This document shows positions 39,001 to 47,979 of a DNA stretch of 64,000 nucleotides, one piece after another; position 1 is the first letter of the stretch; each line of letters begins with the position of its first letter. The translations under genes were made by a program, and so were the position numbers. Under the pieces are notes generated by a model. It had not been told where the DNA came from. It ran no database searches and worked only from the letters and a program-made list of their open reading frames with translations. This DNA is from Alphaproteobacteria bacterium (lineage in GTDB: Bacteria > Pseudomonadota > Alphaproteobacteria > UBA828): the NCBI GenBank assembly GCA_965214705.1, contig OZ243972.1, positions 608,001 through 672,000 on the forward strand. The letters run 5' to 3'.

Positions 39001-41448
39001 CTCGGGCTTCTCGATGGGCATGACGCGAGGAGGCGCGGGCTGGACGAGGCCGCCGGGTCCGCAGCGTGCCCGGTTGCCGAACTGGAAGACTACCTGGACT
39101 GGCGGGAGACGTCGGAGCGGCTCGCGGCGAACGGCAAGGTCCTGCTCGTGGAGCTGGGCGAGCGCGCGGGCGAGGCCGGCGGCACGATCTCCCGGCGCCT
39201 CGGGGAGTTCGCCGACCTGCTGGCGGTCGACGACGCGGTCCTCGAATTCGACACGCTGCGCCGCGAGGTGGCGGCGCGGGCCGCGGCGGAAGGCACGATT
39301 CCGTTCTACGCCGAGGGCCATGACGCTCTCGTCGAGCGGGCCACGACACTCGCCAGGCTGTCCCCCCTCCCGGCATGGGCGCTGGCAGCGGCCAGGGAGG
39401 TCCTTGACCATGCAGAGGCATGGGAAGAACGGAAGGCGGCAATCGTCGCGCTTCATGGAATGGCGGTCCGGCTTCTGGACGAGCGCACGACGCTGGAGGA
39501 CCGCGCCCGCACGGCTGGCCCGCCCATGTTCACCCCGCCCACCGAACTGGCGGGCTATGCCGACTGGCTGGCGCGTTGCGGGGAGGCGGGCGAACGCTGG
39601 CGCGCCATGCGTGAAGAGCCGGATTTATGGCAATCCCATCTCGACCGGATGAAGGATGAAGCGGGTGAGATCGCGGCCGCCGTCAAACGGCTCGACGAAC
39701 TCGGCGATCACGACCTGGCCTGGGCGGGGGTGTTCCAGAAGCGTCTGGCGATGGCGGAGCGGGAGAAGGCCGGGACCGTCATCGCCTTCTATCTGCCGGG
39801 CTGGGAGGAGCTCGTCGAGGCGGCCCGCGCGCTCGGCGAGCGGGAGGGCTTGCCGGACCAGGCCAGGAAAATGGTGGAGCGGGTGCTGGACTACGACCGC
39901 GAACGCAGCACGGAGCGCGCCACCGTCGACGGTTTCCTCGAGGGAGCCGAGCGACATGGGCAGTACTGGAAGGACCTGCAGGAAGAAGCGAAGCGGCGGA
40001 CCGGGCAGGACCCGGACTTCCTCGTCACCGGCCTGGACGGCTATCGGTCCCTCAGAGACTTTTCGGCGAATCTGTTGACCACGGGACGCAAGATCCACAA
40101 GGACGAAGACAAGGACAAGGACAAAGACATCTATGCTCCCCATCTCGACCGGATACCGGGCGTCAGGGATACGCTGGCTGCCGCGCTGGAGCGGATGGAG
40201 AGTCACCATCTTCTCGACCGCTTCGTCTCGGTGAAGGCCCAGCTCGAGGGCGCGAAGCACAGCGCGCTCGAGAAGGGCATATCGCCCGCCGATGACGAGG
40301 GGTGCGGCAGGGCCATCGCCCGGGCGGAGCACCTTGCCAGGGAACCGGACCTTGACGAGGCGGCCCGGCGCTGGCTGCAGGCCGAGATCGACGACCATGC
40401 TGCGCTGTCAGCCCATTGGGCGGCGTTCCAGCGCCTGTTCCGGGAGGCGAACGAGCTGGACGAACAATACCGCCATCTCGAGGAGCGCGCGGCGCGCGAG
40501 GCACTGCCGCTGTCGCTGCTTGCCGAATGGCCGGCATGGCAGGAACGAAGCCGCGACTTCGAGGATGACGTCCGGTGGGCGCGCTACGACGACGACGACC
40601 GGGAGCGCTGGCAAGGCCGCCCGGACATGCTCGAGCGCATCGAAGAAGGACTTCGGCACGCAAGCGAGCGGAAGACCATTCCCGAGCGGGAGCAGGACCG
40701 GATCGCACGGATGGTGGGCGCCGAACTGGCCCGGCTCCGCGACCCCGGCGCCTCACATGCATTCACCGGACCCTGGACGGGGCAGGAGCCGCTGCTCGCG
40801 GGCGAGCGGATCAGTCTGCGGCCATCGGAGGACGGGCCGCGTCTCGAAGCGGTGGTGCGCCGGCCCGGACGGGCGGGTGGATGGACCCCCGACGACGTGG
40901 TGGAGCTCGAGTGGGTTGCGGCCGCGGCGGGCCGCATGCCCGAAGAGCAGGTGACGCGAATGTCCTGGCTGGAGCTCGCGGGCTGCAACGTCATTCAGGC
41001 GGAGTGGAGCGACGAGAGGCTCCGGCAGGCGGAACGGGAGCGCCAGCGGCCCGAACCCCCGGACCGCTATCCGCTCGCCTGCTCACGGGATACCACCAAG
41101 GGCGACCGGTTGTGGTGCAGCGAGGTCGGCGAAACGGAGACGGCGGCGCCGGAGAGCGCGCGCCTGGGCCGCCCGGCGGTCGTGCAGATCGAGCTGGAGG
41201 TGGTCGACAGAACGGCGCGGAAGACCGAAGCGGAGGACCTCTGCACGCTTCGCGAGCTCTCTCGTTCGGACGACGAGCCCTGTCAGGAACTCAGCCTTTC
41301 GCTCCACGAACTCATGGCGTTCGCGCGAGCGCGCGCATTCCGGGACGAGGACGAGCGCTGGTCCGAGGCGCTCGCCCAGAAGATGGAGCTGGACCAGAGA
41401 CGGGCCATATTGCAACAGGATGGACCGCACTACGTCATGAAGCTCTAG
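36007..41448 (+). CDS. MOBF relaxase-helicase (TrwC/TraI-like) with long repetitive C-terminal extension
   Basis: N-terminal tyrosines (EYF...GYY), DITFSAPKSVS, HIASRNLDPQLHTHAV; RecD-like GRAGTGKT, LDEASMV, TVHGAQG, YVEISRAR. Confidence 0.93.
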   Translation: MVATVRNLTSSSATSEYFRQDGGYYLRKGEGAADLRAKRAEHRNASTWHGAGAVALGLHPGKPVAAGAFEKLLQGHVIGTRARLGRPRDGQHEHRPGFDITFSAPKSVSLAALLPTEEHPHGDRMVIRAHNAAVRETLDWIEGSLLETRGWDPATGRRPRVKAPWMVAALFRHIASRNLDPQLHTHAVIANMTRDEEGRWKSVEPTLLHRNARLIGAYYRDRLARQLMERGYTIVPAMVGRLPSFELAGYGREVREAFSTRRHEILAYVDEKGWDRSTDRMQAATLATRKRKAEPVRAQLQERWRVRARELRLDTALAEARAGQPIVLPEGPSALAIVRRCMRQLEERQSVFSEHDLEALALGHSPGRHSLGEIRDAVAWLVRDGHLVEAQLRRADRAFVTDRALKAERSTIAMMKAGIGAGAALAPEKDVAARLDGAGLTEGQEEAVRTILLARDRVVGVQGRAGTGKTTMLRQVRALAGEKPVFGLAPSTAAAAVLGRETGIHARTLQWFLARRRGAGASGQALEALRETFGGAVLVLDEASMVSTDQMRSLLRAADELEVSRMVLVGDSSQLRAVEAGQPFRLLQRAGMTTAAMDDILRQRNPELRAAVQAVLAGDPGEAVELLGSSVHEVAHEELGEKAARAWLALDPATRDNTLLVAPTHALREKINGTVREALASEGVLRGKALGIERLVSLGMTRTEKGDVRNYREGDLVVFHQDLVNYRLKKDEILTVTGIDYDRVMLLHPDGKPRWIRPAGSVRYQLDVYETRPMEVRAGDRIRWTRNDRKRSLVNGERAEVEGIAKDRVRFRLADGRGLSLRLDDPQLRHIDHAWSSTVHGAQGSTADGVIAVLDSSHGALADQSTFYVEISRARDRAVVLTDNAEELVKVLADNTGERPTAIEAIDAPLELEPEEIVRLLAENEPVWTLRAEWEALERRAQREGTVLFLVEGYGTLIGRAQELAGKPDLPAATREVVDGLLAYDRACREGDRAAVEFLGLLDGHDARRRGLDEAAGSAACPVAELEDYLDWRETSERLAANGKVLLVELGERAGEAGGTISRRLGEFADLLAVDDAVLEFDTLRREVAARAAAEGTIPFYAEGHDALVERATTLARLSPLPAWALAAAREVLDHAEAWEERKAAIVALHGMAVRLLDERTTLEDRARTAGPPMFTPPTELAGYADWLARCGEAGERWRAMREEPDLWQSHLDRMKDEAGEIAAAVKRLDELGDHDLAWAGVFQKRLAMAEREKAGTVIAFYLPGWEELVEAARALGEREGLPDQARKMVERVLDYDRERSTERATVDGFLEGAERHGQYWKDLQEEAKRRTGQDPDFLVTGLDGYRSLRDFSANLLTTGRKIHKDEDKDKDKDIYAPHLDRIPGVRDTLAAALERMESHHLLDRFVSVKAQLEGAKHSALEKGISPADDEGCGRAIARAEHLAREPDLDEAARRWLQAEIDDHAALSAHWAAFQRLFREANELDEQYRHLEERAAREALPLSLLAEWPAWQERSRDFEDDVRWARYDDDDRERWQGRPDMLERIEEGLRHASERKTIPEREQDRIARMVGAELARLRDPGASHAFTGPWTGQEPLLAGERISLRPSEDGPRLEAVVRRPGRAGGWTPDDVVELEWVAAAAGRMPEEQVTRMSWLELAGCNVIQAEWSDERLRQAERERQRPEPPDRYPLACSRDTTKGDRLWCSEVGETETAAPESARLGRPAVVQIELEVVDRTARKTEAEDLCTLRELSRSDDEPCQELSLSLHELMAFARARAFRDEDERWSEALAQKMELDQRRAILQQDGPHYVMKL

Positions 41449-41627
41449 AGAGCGATCCCGCCCGCACCGTCTGCCTCGACGAGGATTCTCAGGACCTGTC
41501 GCTCGTGTCTTGCACTCTTTGCCGTGAAGGAGGCCGGCGAGCATATGGAAAGCACTTTCTTGATCGCCGCGTTCGGGTCGCCGCACGTGCAGCGCCGCCG
41601 GCGGCCGCCTCCCCGTCGGCGACACGC

Positions 41628-42641
41628 TCACGTCTCGTCCCAGCCCGCCCGGTGCCTGGCCGCATCGCCGAAGAAGGCAAGGCAGGCCCGCGCCAGCGAC
41701 CTCTGCCTCCCCGCCTCCGTGAGCACGGCGTGGAAGCTCCTGCCGGTCTCGACGAAGCCGCCCGCCTGCATCACCAGAGTGCCGGCCTCCACGTGTCGTC
41801 CGATCAGATGACGCCAGCCGAGCACGAGGCCGCGGCCGGCAACGGCCGCTTCCAGCGCCTGGGCGTGGCTCTCGACGACTTCGTGCCGGGGGGCCGGGGC
41901 CGGACGGCCGACGGCCTCGAACCAGCGCTCCCAGGACGCTCTGCCCTTGTCGGGCCCCGCGAGATCGAGAAGGGTCAGCCCCTTCCAGCCTGCCGCAGGT
42001 TCGTTCAGAACCTGCGCATGAGCGGCGGCGTAGCCGGGAGAGCAGAAGGCGCTGACGGCTCCCATGGCAATCGTCACGCGGTGACCGGGTGCGGCAGTCT
42101 CCGCGTCCCAGGTCAGCATCACGTCGGCGGCGGTCTCCGGCGGCGCGGGCGCCGCTGCGTTCGTATGGGCGAGAATGCGGATCCGGACGTGATCTCCAAG
42201 CGCCGCTTTCAGCGCCTCGTACCGCTGCATCGCGAAGAGATGCGACAACTCGCCCGGACAGGAAATCGCCACCTCCGTCCCGTCCTCGCCGGAGTGTTCC
42301 GCGATCTCCGCAGCACCCTCATGGAGAGCCTTGAGAGCCACAAGGACCGCTTCGTGAAAGCGCAGCCCCGCGTCGGTCAGGCTCACGCCTATCCGGGAGC
42401 GCTCGAACAGCCGTGCCGAGAGCTGGTCCTCCAGGCGCGCAATGAGCCGGCTGATCGCTGACTGCGAGGTGCCGAGTTCCCGCGCCGCATGGGAGAAGCT
42501 GCCGTGCCGCGCCGCGCTCTCGAAGGCGATCAGGGCGCTCATGGAGGGAAGCCGGTAAGGGATGCGATCGCTCAAGGGCGCGCGGGCGCGGCCAGAGCGC
42601 GCGTTCTCGTCCTCGCGCCGCGGCTCTACGTCCTCTGCCAT
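41628..42641 (-). CDS. LysR-family regulator (GcvA/AmpR-like)
   Basis: LPSMSALIAFESAARHGSFSHAARELGTSQSAISR HTH; ALEAAVAGRGLVLG. Confidence 0.9.
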   Translation of the reverse strand: MAEDVEPRREDENARSGRARAPLSDRIPYRLPSMSALIAFESAARHGSFSHAARELGTSQSAISRLIARLEDQLSARLFERSRIGVSLTDAGLRFHEAVLVALKALHEGAAEIAEHSGEDGTEVAISCPGELSHLFAMQRYEALKAALGDHVRIRILAHTNAAAPAPPETAADVMLTWDAETAAPGHRVTIAMGAVSAFCSPGYAAAHAQVLNEPAAGWKGLTLLDLAGPDKGRASWERWFEAVGRPAPAPRHEVVESHAQALEAAVAGRGLVLGWRHLIGRHVEAGTLVMQAGGFVETGRSFHAVLTEAGRQRSLARACLAFFGDAARHRAGWDET

Positions 42642-42724
42642 GCATTCCTCCCCGGCACGTATCGCCGTGCGCGCCCGGCCTCTGCCGCCGCCAGGCGTTC
42701 AGGCCGCCAGAACCCTGCCAGGCC

Positions 42725-43022
42725 TCACTCCGCCTGCGCCGGCGCCACGCGCTTCGTCAGCGTCACCACGTTGCGTCCGTCCTGCCGGCGGTAAGCCACG
42801 CCGTCCATCGTCTTGCGTACCAGATAGATGTCGAGACCACCCATGGCGCGATCCTCCAGCGGAGCGGATAAATCAGGCGTAGGCGCCTGCAACGGGTCGA
42901 ACGCCCATGCCGTCGTCCGCGATCTCCATCACCAGCGCTCCGCCCTCAAGGCGGAGGACGAGATCGACCCGATGCTCCCCATCGTCGTCGTAGCCGTAGC
43001 TGATCGTGTTGGTGACCACCTC
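42725..43022 (-). pseudogene. RsbW-like anti-sigma / HATPase, 5'-truncated and frameshifted
   Basis: EVVTNTISYGY...IADDG, one extra base, then AFDPL...LEDRAMGGLDIYLVRKTMDGVAYRRQDGRNVVTL. Confidence 0.78.
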
Positions 43023-43235
43023 ACTCGCACGCGTCGCAGGCTTCCATCCCAGCAAGCGCCAACCCCTCCCCGGAACCGAGAAAATCTGGCAGGCATGGCA
43101 ACGATACAAAGCCGGCATCGACTTCATCGACGCATGGATCGACATCGAATGAAAGAACCTTCTCAGCAGTGAGAGATTGAAAGGGCCTGGGCGGGTGCCG
43201 CCAGCACGTGCGAGCCCTGTTCGCGGCGAGCCCGC

Positions 43236-43427
43236 GTGCGCTCCCCCGAGTATCGAGGACTGCCGCCATCTCAGCCCCTCTTCACCATCGTCGAGATCGC
43301 GACCGGTCTGGAGTTGGACACATTCGAGACCGAGGCCGAGGCGGCGGCCGCGCTGGCGTTTACCGGCCTCGGCCCAGGCGACGTCGAGATAGTCTCGGAC
43401 AACACGGCCGCGCTGACCGCGTGGTAG
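43236..43427 (+). CDS. Small hypothetical protein (63 aa)
   Basis: Acidic, protein-like composition, high-GC3 codons; no family recognised. Confidence 0.45.
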   Translation: MRSPEYRGLPPSQPLFTIVEIATGLELDTFETEAEAAAALAFTGLGPGDVEIVSDNTAALTAW

Positions 43428-43499
43428 CCGCCGGTGTCGCATACGCCGTGCCGCGCGCCATCCCTGAACACCTTGCGACCTTGGCCGGCACCGCCGGCT

Positions 43500-44834
43500 T
43501 CAGGTCCACCGCCACAGGAGGTCCTTCGAGATCTGCCTCGCGATCCTGTCGCGCTGCCGCTCCAGGCCGTTGTGCGCCGACCCGAACTGTCGCCCCTCCA
43601 GCCGGATCACCCTGCCGATCCGCTTCATCAGGCGGTGGGCCTCTTCCTTCTTCTTCTCGTATTCCGCGTTGCCCAACCCCATGACCTCGATCACGTAGCG
43701 CACCTTGTCGCTGCCGTCGATGGAGCCGCCCGGGTGGCTAAAGGTGAGGAGGGCGTCCGGATGACAACGGCCGTCGCGCACCCGTATCGGGAAGAGCGGC
43801 TTCTCAAGCTCGACCCGGACGACACCGCCGAGCGCCTCCTGCGGCTCCTTGCCGCGCCGCAGATCCTCGACCAGTCGTGGAAGCGACAGGAGCGCCTGGC
43901 GCTCGTAGTCCGACTCCACCGGGATCGGCAACGCCGGCGAGGCAATCGGCTGCGCATACGCCATGCGGCACTCCCACCCGTGCATGTCTGCGGATCGCGC
44001 CAGCGCGCCCAGGAAGAGATAGGGCCCCTCCACCCTGTTGTTGTGGATGAGCCGGGAGACCACGGGAGACGTCACCCTCACATGGCCAGCGCCCCCGGTC
44101 TTGCCGTTGATCTCGTGGCCCTCCACATCGTGCGCGACCCAGCACAGGTAGCCGCAGGGCGGGGGATCTTTCGGCCAATGCCGCGCGCGCTCGTCCAGCC
44201 TTTCCCGGAACTCACCCGAGTGCCAGCTCGCGGGGTCCGTGCACAGCACCTCCGACGCCGGAACCCCCGGCGCGACGGGGAACGCAACTGCGGCGCGCCT
44301 GAGTTCCGCGAGCCAGTCCGCCGGTGACTGAAACCGCTCCGCGCCCGCCAGCGTGTGCAGCCGCGCCGCCCGGATGAAGCACTTGAGCATGTAGGCCACG
44401 ACCGGGACCGACCGGCCCGTCCCGCTCCAGGGCTTGTGTTCCAGGTCGCGTTCTGCCGAGGCCTCGACGTCCCGCTCGTGCGACAACGGATTGAAGAAGA
44501 ACCGGGAGGCGCCTTGCAAGTGTTGCAAGCGGAAGACGCAGTTCCCGGCATGCGGCACGGAAGCGTCGGGAAGGTTACCGAGACGTATGCTGCGCTTACC
44601 CCGGGCGGGCACGATGACAGGCTGCTCCAACCCCTCGGGCAGACAATCGCACAGGATCCAGCAATCCGCGTCGCAGAGGGCCCTGATCACAACGGCGTAG
44701 AGCATTCGCACCGCCGGGTTCGCCTTCCGGCGCCTTACGATCGCGTCCTTGCCCTCGCGCAGGGCGCACTCCTCGAGAAACTGGAGCCACCGGACGTGCT
44801 CCCGGCTGAAGGCCCTTATGACCTCGAGAGCCAT
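43500..44834 (-). CDS. Hypothetical protein with CxC...H...C Zn motif and PD-(D/E)XK-like C-terminus
   Basis: WILCDCL...HAGNCVF; PDALL...YVIEVMG...YEKKK; GGAGG RBS upstream. Confidence 0.65.
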   Translation of the reverse strand: MALEVIRAFSREHVRWLQFLEECALREGKDAIVRRRKANPAVRMLYAVVIRALCDADCWILCDCLPEGLEQPVIVPARGKRSIRLGNLPDASVPHAGNCVFRLQHLQGASRFFFNPLSHERDVEASAERDLEHKPWSGTGRSVPVVAYMLKCFIRAARLHTLAGAERFQSPADWLAELRRAAVAFPVAPGVPASEVLCTDPASWHSGEFRERLDERARHWPKDPPPCGYLCWVAHDVEGHEINGKTGGAGHVRVTSPVVSRLIHNNRVEGPYLFLGALARSADMHGWECRMAYAQPIASPALPIPVESDYERQALLSLPRLVEDLRRGKEPQEALGGVVRVELEKPLFPIRVRDGRCHPDALLTFSHPGGSIDGSDKVRYVIEVMGLGNAEYEKKKEEAHRLMKRIGRVIRLEGRQFGSAHNGLERQRDRIARQISKDLLWRWT

Positions 44835-45144
44835 GATCGTCCCTCCGATGCCCTCCGCTGCACTTCACCGACAGGAGCGCCGGGACGCCGGCGCCCGAAA
44901 CGATCGCGGGAAGAGCGCCAGCGCCTGGCCTGGACCCGCTCGATGCAGCGCGGCGAGCGCTCCCGCCATTCGTCGACCGGCCCGATCCCCTCGGCCACGG
45001 CCTTCGCCTCGGTGATCAAGGGGCGTCATTGGAGGTGTCTCCGTCTTCTCAGCCCGACACCGTCGATAGTACAAGCCCGCTCGGGTCGACCTCGCCCCTT
45101 CTCACCAGACTGCCGCACGTGTTCGCCGATCTGCCTGCCCGCAA

Positions 45145-45645
45145 TCAGAACAGCTCCTTCTGACCGGAGTCGCCGACCCTTTTCTTGCGGCGTGCCGGCT
45201 TCTTCGGTTTCTGCGCCGCTGCCGGCGCCGTCCGTACAGTCGGCATGAATGCGGCGGCGATGATCGCCGCCCGCTCGTCGCCGAACACTTGTCCAAGGAG
45301 CGCCTCGGCGTCACTGCCCCGGCCCTGCCGGACCATCGTCTCAAGCCGCGCCTTCAGCAGCGCGCCGAGGTCGTCCGTGACCTGCGAAGGCGCGTCGATG
45401 TCCGAGCGCAGGCTCCGGGCATGCTCGCTCACGGCCCGAGACACGGACTTCTGCTGTTTCTCGTCGAGCACCAGCCGGCGATGCTTCCGCGGAAGGAGGT
45501 CCACCGTCAATGCGCAATGGACCACCCAGGCCGACACCGACATTCCGGCCTGGTCCGCCCCAGATTGCACGTCGGCCCACTCCTCGTCGGTCGCGGAAAT
45601 CGTTTGTTCGGTCCCCGTCCTGCGCACGCGCGGCTTCCTCATCAC
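45145..45645 (-). CDS. Ribbon-helix-helix MobC/TrwA-like protein
   Basis: TISATDEEWADVQSGADQAGMSVSAWVVHCAL. Confidence 0.72.
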   Translation of the reverse strand: MMRKPRVRRTGTEQTISATDEEWADVQSGADQAGMSVSAWVVHCALTVDLLPRKHRRLVLDEKQQKSVSRAVSEHARSLRSDIDAPSQVTDDLGALLKARLETMVRQGRGSDAEALLGQVFGDERAAIIAAAFMPTVRTAPAAAQKPKKPARRKKRVGDSGQKELF

Positions 45646-45965
45646 CCCCGTGCCTCTTCGCAGAGCAGCAGAAAGCGCACCACTTCATGGATCGCCAGGA
45701 TCGCCTTCCCGCCGTCCTGCGCATCGACAACGATGCTCTTCGACCGGGCAAGAACGCGGCTGTCCTCGTAAAGGCGACGCTGCGCATCCTCGGCAAGCGC
45801 CAGCGGGTGACCGGGCGGCTCCGGAGGAGCGCCCGCGCTCGCAACCTGGCGGCAGCACAGAATGATCAGACGCGAGAGCGGCATCCCCGCCTTCTTGGCC
45901 CGCCGCCGCATCTTCTCTCGCTTCTCTGGGGAGCAGTAGATGCAGCGCTTCTTCGCGAGGTTCAC
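45642..45965 (-). CDS. Ribbon-helix-helix MobC-like protein
   Basis: IYCSPEKREKMRRRAKKAGMPLSRLIILC; stop overlaps the next start. Confidence 0.68.
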   Translation of the reverse strand: MNLAKKRCIYCSPEKREKMRRRAKKAGMPLSRLIILCCRQVASAGAPPEPPGHPLALAEDAQRRLYEDSRVLARSKSIVVDAQDGGKAILAIHEVVRFLLLCEEARG

Positions 45966-45978
45966 GGCACCTTCCGCT

Positions 45979-46311
45979 TCATCCCAGATCGCCCTCGCCC
46001 TTGATCCAGGCGTCCACCTTGCCCACCGCCCTCTGCCACAGCTCTTCGCCCATCTCGCCGTCGTTCGCGAGCCGCAGCCGCTGCAGTTCTTCGAGGATCA
46101 ATACCGCCTTCACCGCTCGCTGCAGCACCGGCGAGGGCAGACCGACATCGGTCGGTTCGGCCCGCGCCTTGCCGTCGAGGCAGCACCGGATGACGTAGTC
46201 GGAGTTCGACAATCCCGCCGCTTGCGCGCCTTCGCTGATCTCGGCCCACTCGGCATCGGTTGCACCGACCCAGCGCTGCTTCCGCTTTTCGCCCTTTTGT
46301 CTCGCCGGCAT
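45979..46311 (-). CDS. Ribbon-helix-helix MobC-like protein
   Basis: VGATDAEWAEISEGAQAAGLSNSDYVIRCCL. Confidence 0.72.
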   Translation of the reverse strand: MPARQKGEKRKQRWVGATDAEWAEISEGAQAAGLSNSDYVIRCCLDGKARAEPTDVGLPSPVLQRAVKAVLILEELQRLRLANDGEMGEELWQRAVGKVDAWIKGEGDLG

Positions 46312-46471
46312 CGGCCCGTCCGCGTCGCTATGGAGAAAATCCGATATCGCCCGCTAATGCACCACTATAACCATACGTCTCGAATATCTACCTTCGGCCC
46401 TCATCCCATCAGCCGCAGAATACTGCGCACATGATGGCCTCTTCAACACCCGAGCGTCACGGTCGCAACAG

Positions 46472-46511
46472 GACAGACAATTCCTGCCATGGCGACATGA
46501 CAGACAATTCC
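46472..46511. repeat. 13-bp direct repeat GACAGACAATTCC in candidate oriT/attR region
   Basis: Copies at 46472-46484 and 46499-46511 in a lower-GC non-coding stretch between the RHH genes and attR. Confidence 0.7.
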
Positions 46512-46613
46512 ATGGTTGACTATACGATAACCCTATGATATACAACACGAGAAATGGAAAACCATCGCATATCGTGTCAGCCTACGAACCACCGATTCGT
46601 CGTTGAAAGTTTC

Positions 46614-46625
46614 TACACGATGCCA
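46614..46625 (+). repeat. attR core direct repeat TACACGATGCCA
   Basis: Identical to 6724-6735. Confidence 0.9.
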
Positions 46626-47528
46626 GACGCTGCCAACCGACGCTGCATGCAGGAGGCCGTTCCTTGGCGAGGGGAAAACCCAGACGGCAGTGCGGGGCAG
46701 GCCGTCGAGGATGGCGCGCGCGGGGGACGAGAGCCAAACCGTGCGCGGCCCGACCTTGCTATCCGGGAGGAACAGCTTGCCCTCGCGGTAGTAGCGCCAT
46801 TTCAGGGTGACGATCTCGCCCTTGCGGCATCCAGTGAGCAGCAGCAGCCGAATGATCGCCACGGCCTGCGGGTGGTCCGCCTCATGGCTCGCCAGCACCG
46901 AGCCCAAGCGACTGACTTCGGCCGTCGACAGGAAGCGCTCGCGCCCTCGGCGCCGGTACCTCCTGATGCCCGCGCAAGGGTTTGTCCGCTCGGGCCGGTA
47001 GCCGTAGACCTCGGCCTGGCGCATGATGACCGAGAGGATGGGGGCCGAGCGGTCAGCAGCTACGGGGGTCTCGTGAAGAGAGGCGAACCACTGTTGGACA
47101 TCACGGGCAGTGATGCCGGTTATCGAGCGTCCCTCGAACCAGGGCAGGATCTGCTTGCGGTAGTAGCCTTGGTTGACCTTGAGCGTGGACGCCTTCCAGT
47201 TCCGGGCGTAGCGGCGGAAGACTTCGTCGGCGACTGTCTCGAACGGGGTGTCAGGCACCGCCGCAGTCTCATCGGCTGTTCCCGTCCGGATGGAGGCCAG
47301 CATGGCCCTGGCCCGCTCACGGGCCTCGTTCACGCCGATGGTCCCGGCTTGGCCGAGCATCTTCCAGGTTCGTCGACCGTCGTGCTGGCTGTGGATGAAG
47401 TAGCGCTTGGCGCCCGAGGGCAGAACCCTGACGCCGAAGCCCTTGAGTTCCCGGTCTCGGATGTCGTATGCGGCCCTGCGGGGCTTGAGCGCATCGATCC
47501 GGCCTTGGTTGAGACGAAGCGTTGCCAT
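46614..47528 (-). pseudogene. 5' part of the split outer integrase A
   Basis: MATLRLNQ...DRELKGFGVRVLPSG...TGCRKGE...DSKVG...VWHRV, then unrelated sequence; lacks HxxR and Y, which lie at 6517-6735. Confidence 0.92.
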
Positions 47529-47624
47529 AGGATTTCCTCCTGCACTTCCTGTTGCAGCCGGGGCGAAAACGGGGACCGAATTCGCCCTTGTCGGCCAAGA
47601 ACAGGAGGAAAAAGCAACGCTAAG

Positions 47625-47649
47625 TCAGTACATTAGCACCGAAGGTGCG
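47625..47649 (-). other. Conserved terminal motif of the outer element
   Basis: CGCACCTTCGGTGCTAATGTACTGA vs inner CGCACCTTCGGTTCTAAGTGACTGA (6736-6760): 21/25 identical, about 120 bp upstream of intA in both. Confidence 0.78.
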
Positions 47650-47979
47650 CTTGTCGGTGTGTGTCCTGGTTGCCTTGATGTACATGGCGGCGCCGTTTCT
47701 GCGATGCCTGTTTCGCATACACGGCGTTCGCGGCATCTGGCAAGAGGGATATCGACTCAACTCCAAAGTCCTGGCCCCACAATTGGCTTCCAGGACCACG
47801 AATGGCAAATGTGGGTCTCAGGTGTCCTCCAACCCCAACATCTAGTGGTTCAGCGCCGCAAAACTGGCTCGAACAGGCTCGGCTGGTCGGAAAAAGTGCC
47901 AACTTGGGTAGAGCGCAATTTGCCCGCCGATGCCTCATCCGCCGAACGGCGACACCATCATCGCTATTGGGAGACGAAC

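Larger units (their letters stand above)
6724..46625. mobile_element. ~39.9 kb integrative mobilizable element (tandem integrases, MOBF relaxase, defence cargo) inserted in an integrase gene
   Basis: 12-bp direct repeat TACACGATGCCA at 6724-6735 and 46614-46625 marks exactly where the outer integrase is broken; integrases at the left end, relaxase and RHH genes at the right end; no T4SS or coupling protein seen. Confidence 0.88.

Noticed and set aside
35992-39456. 1154-aa minus-strand ORF and other long antisense or alternate-frame ORFs (e.g. 5380-6756, 10344-12329, 15911-17488, 49803-51461)
   Set aside because: Shadow ORFs of high-GC genes that have clear motifs on the other strand or frame.
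40097-40128. KD-coding hexamer repeat in the relaxase as a phase-variation tract
   Set aside because: Imperfect and a multiple of three, so it cannot shift the frame.
47650-47970. tRNA/tmRNA integration target at the island boundary
   Set aside because: No tRNA structure or recognisable gene end seen.
47407-47979. N-terminal extension of the SDR ORF
   Set aside because: Overlaps the integrase antisense and the element end; SDR starts at ATG 47980 after a GGGAG RBS.
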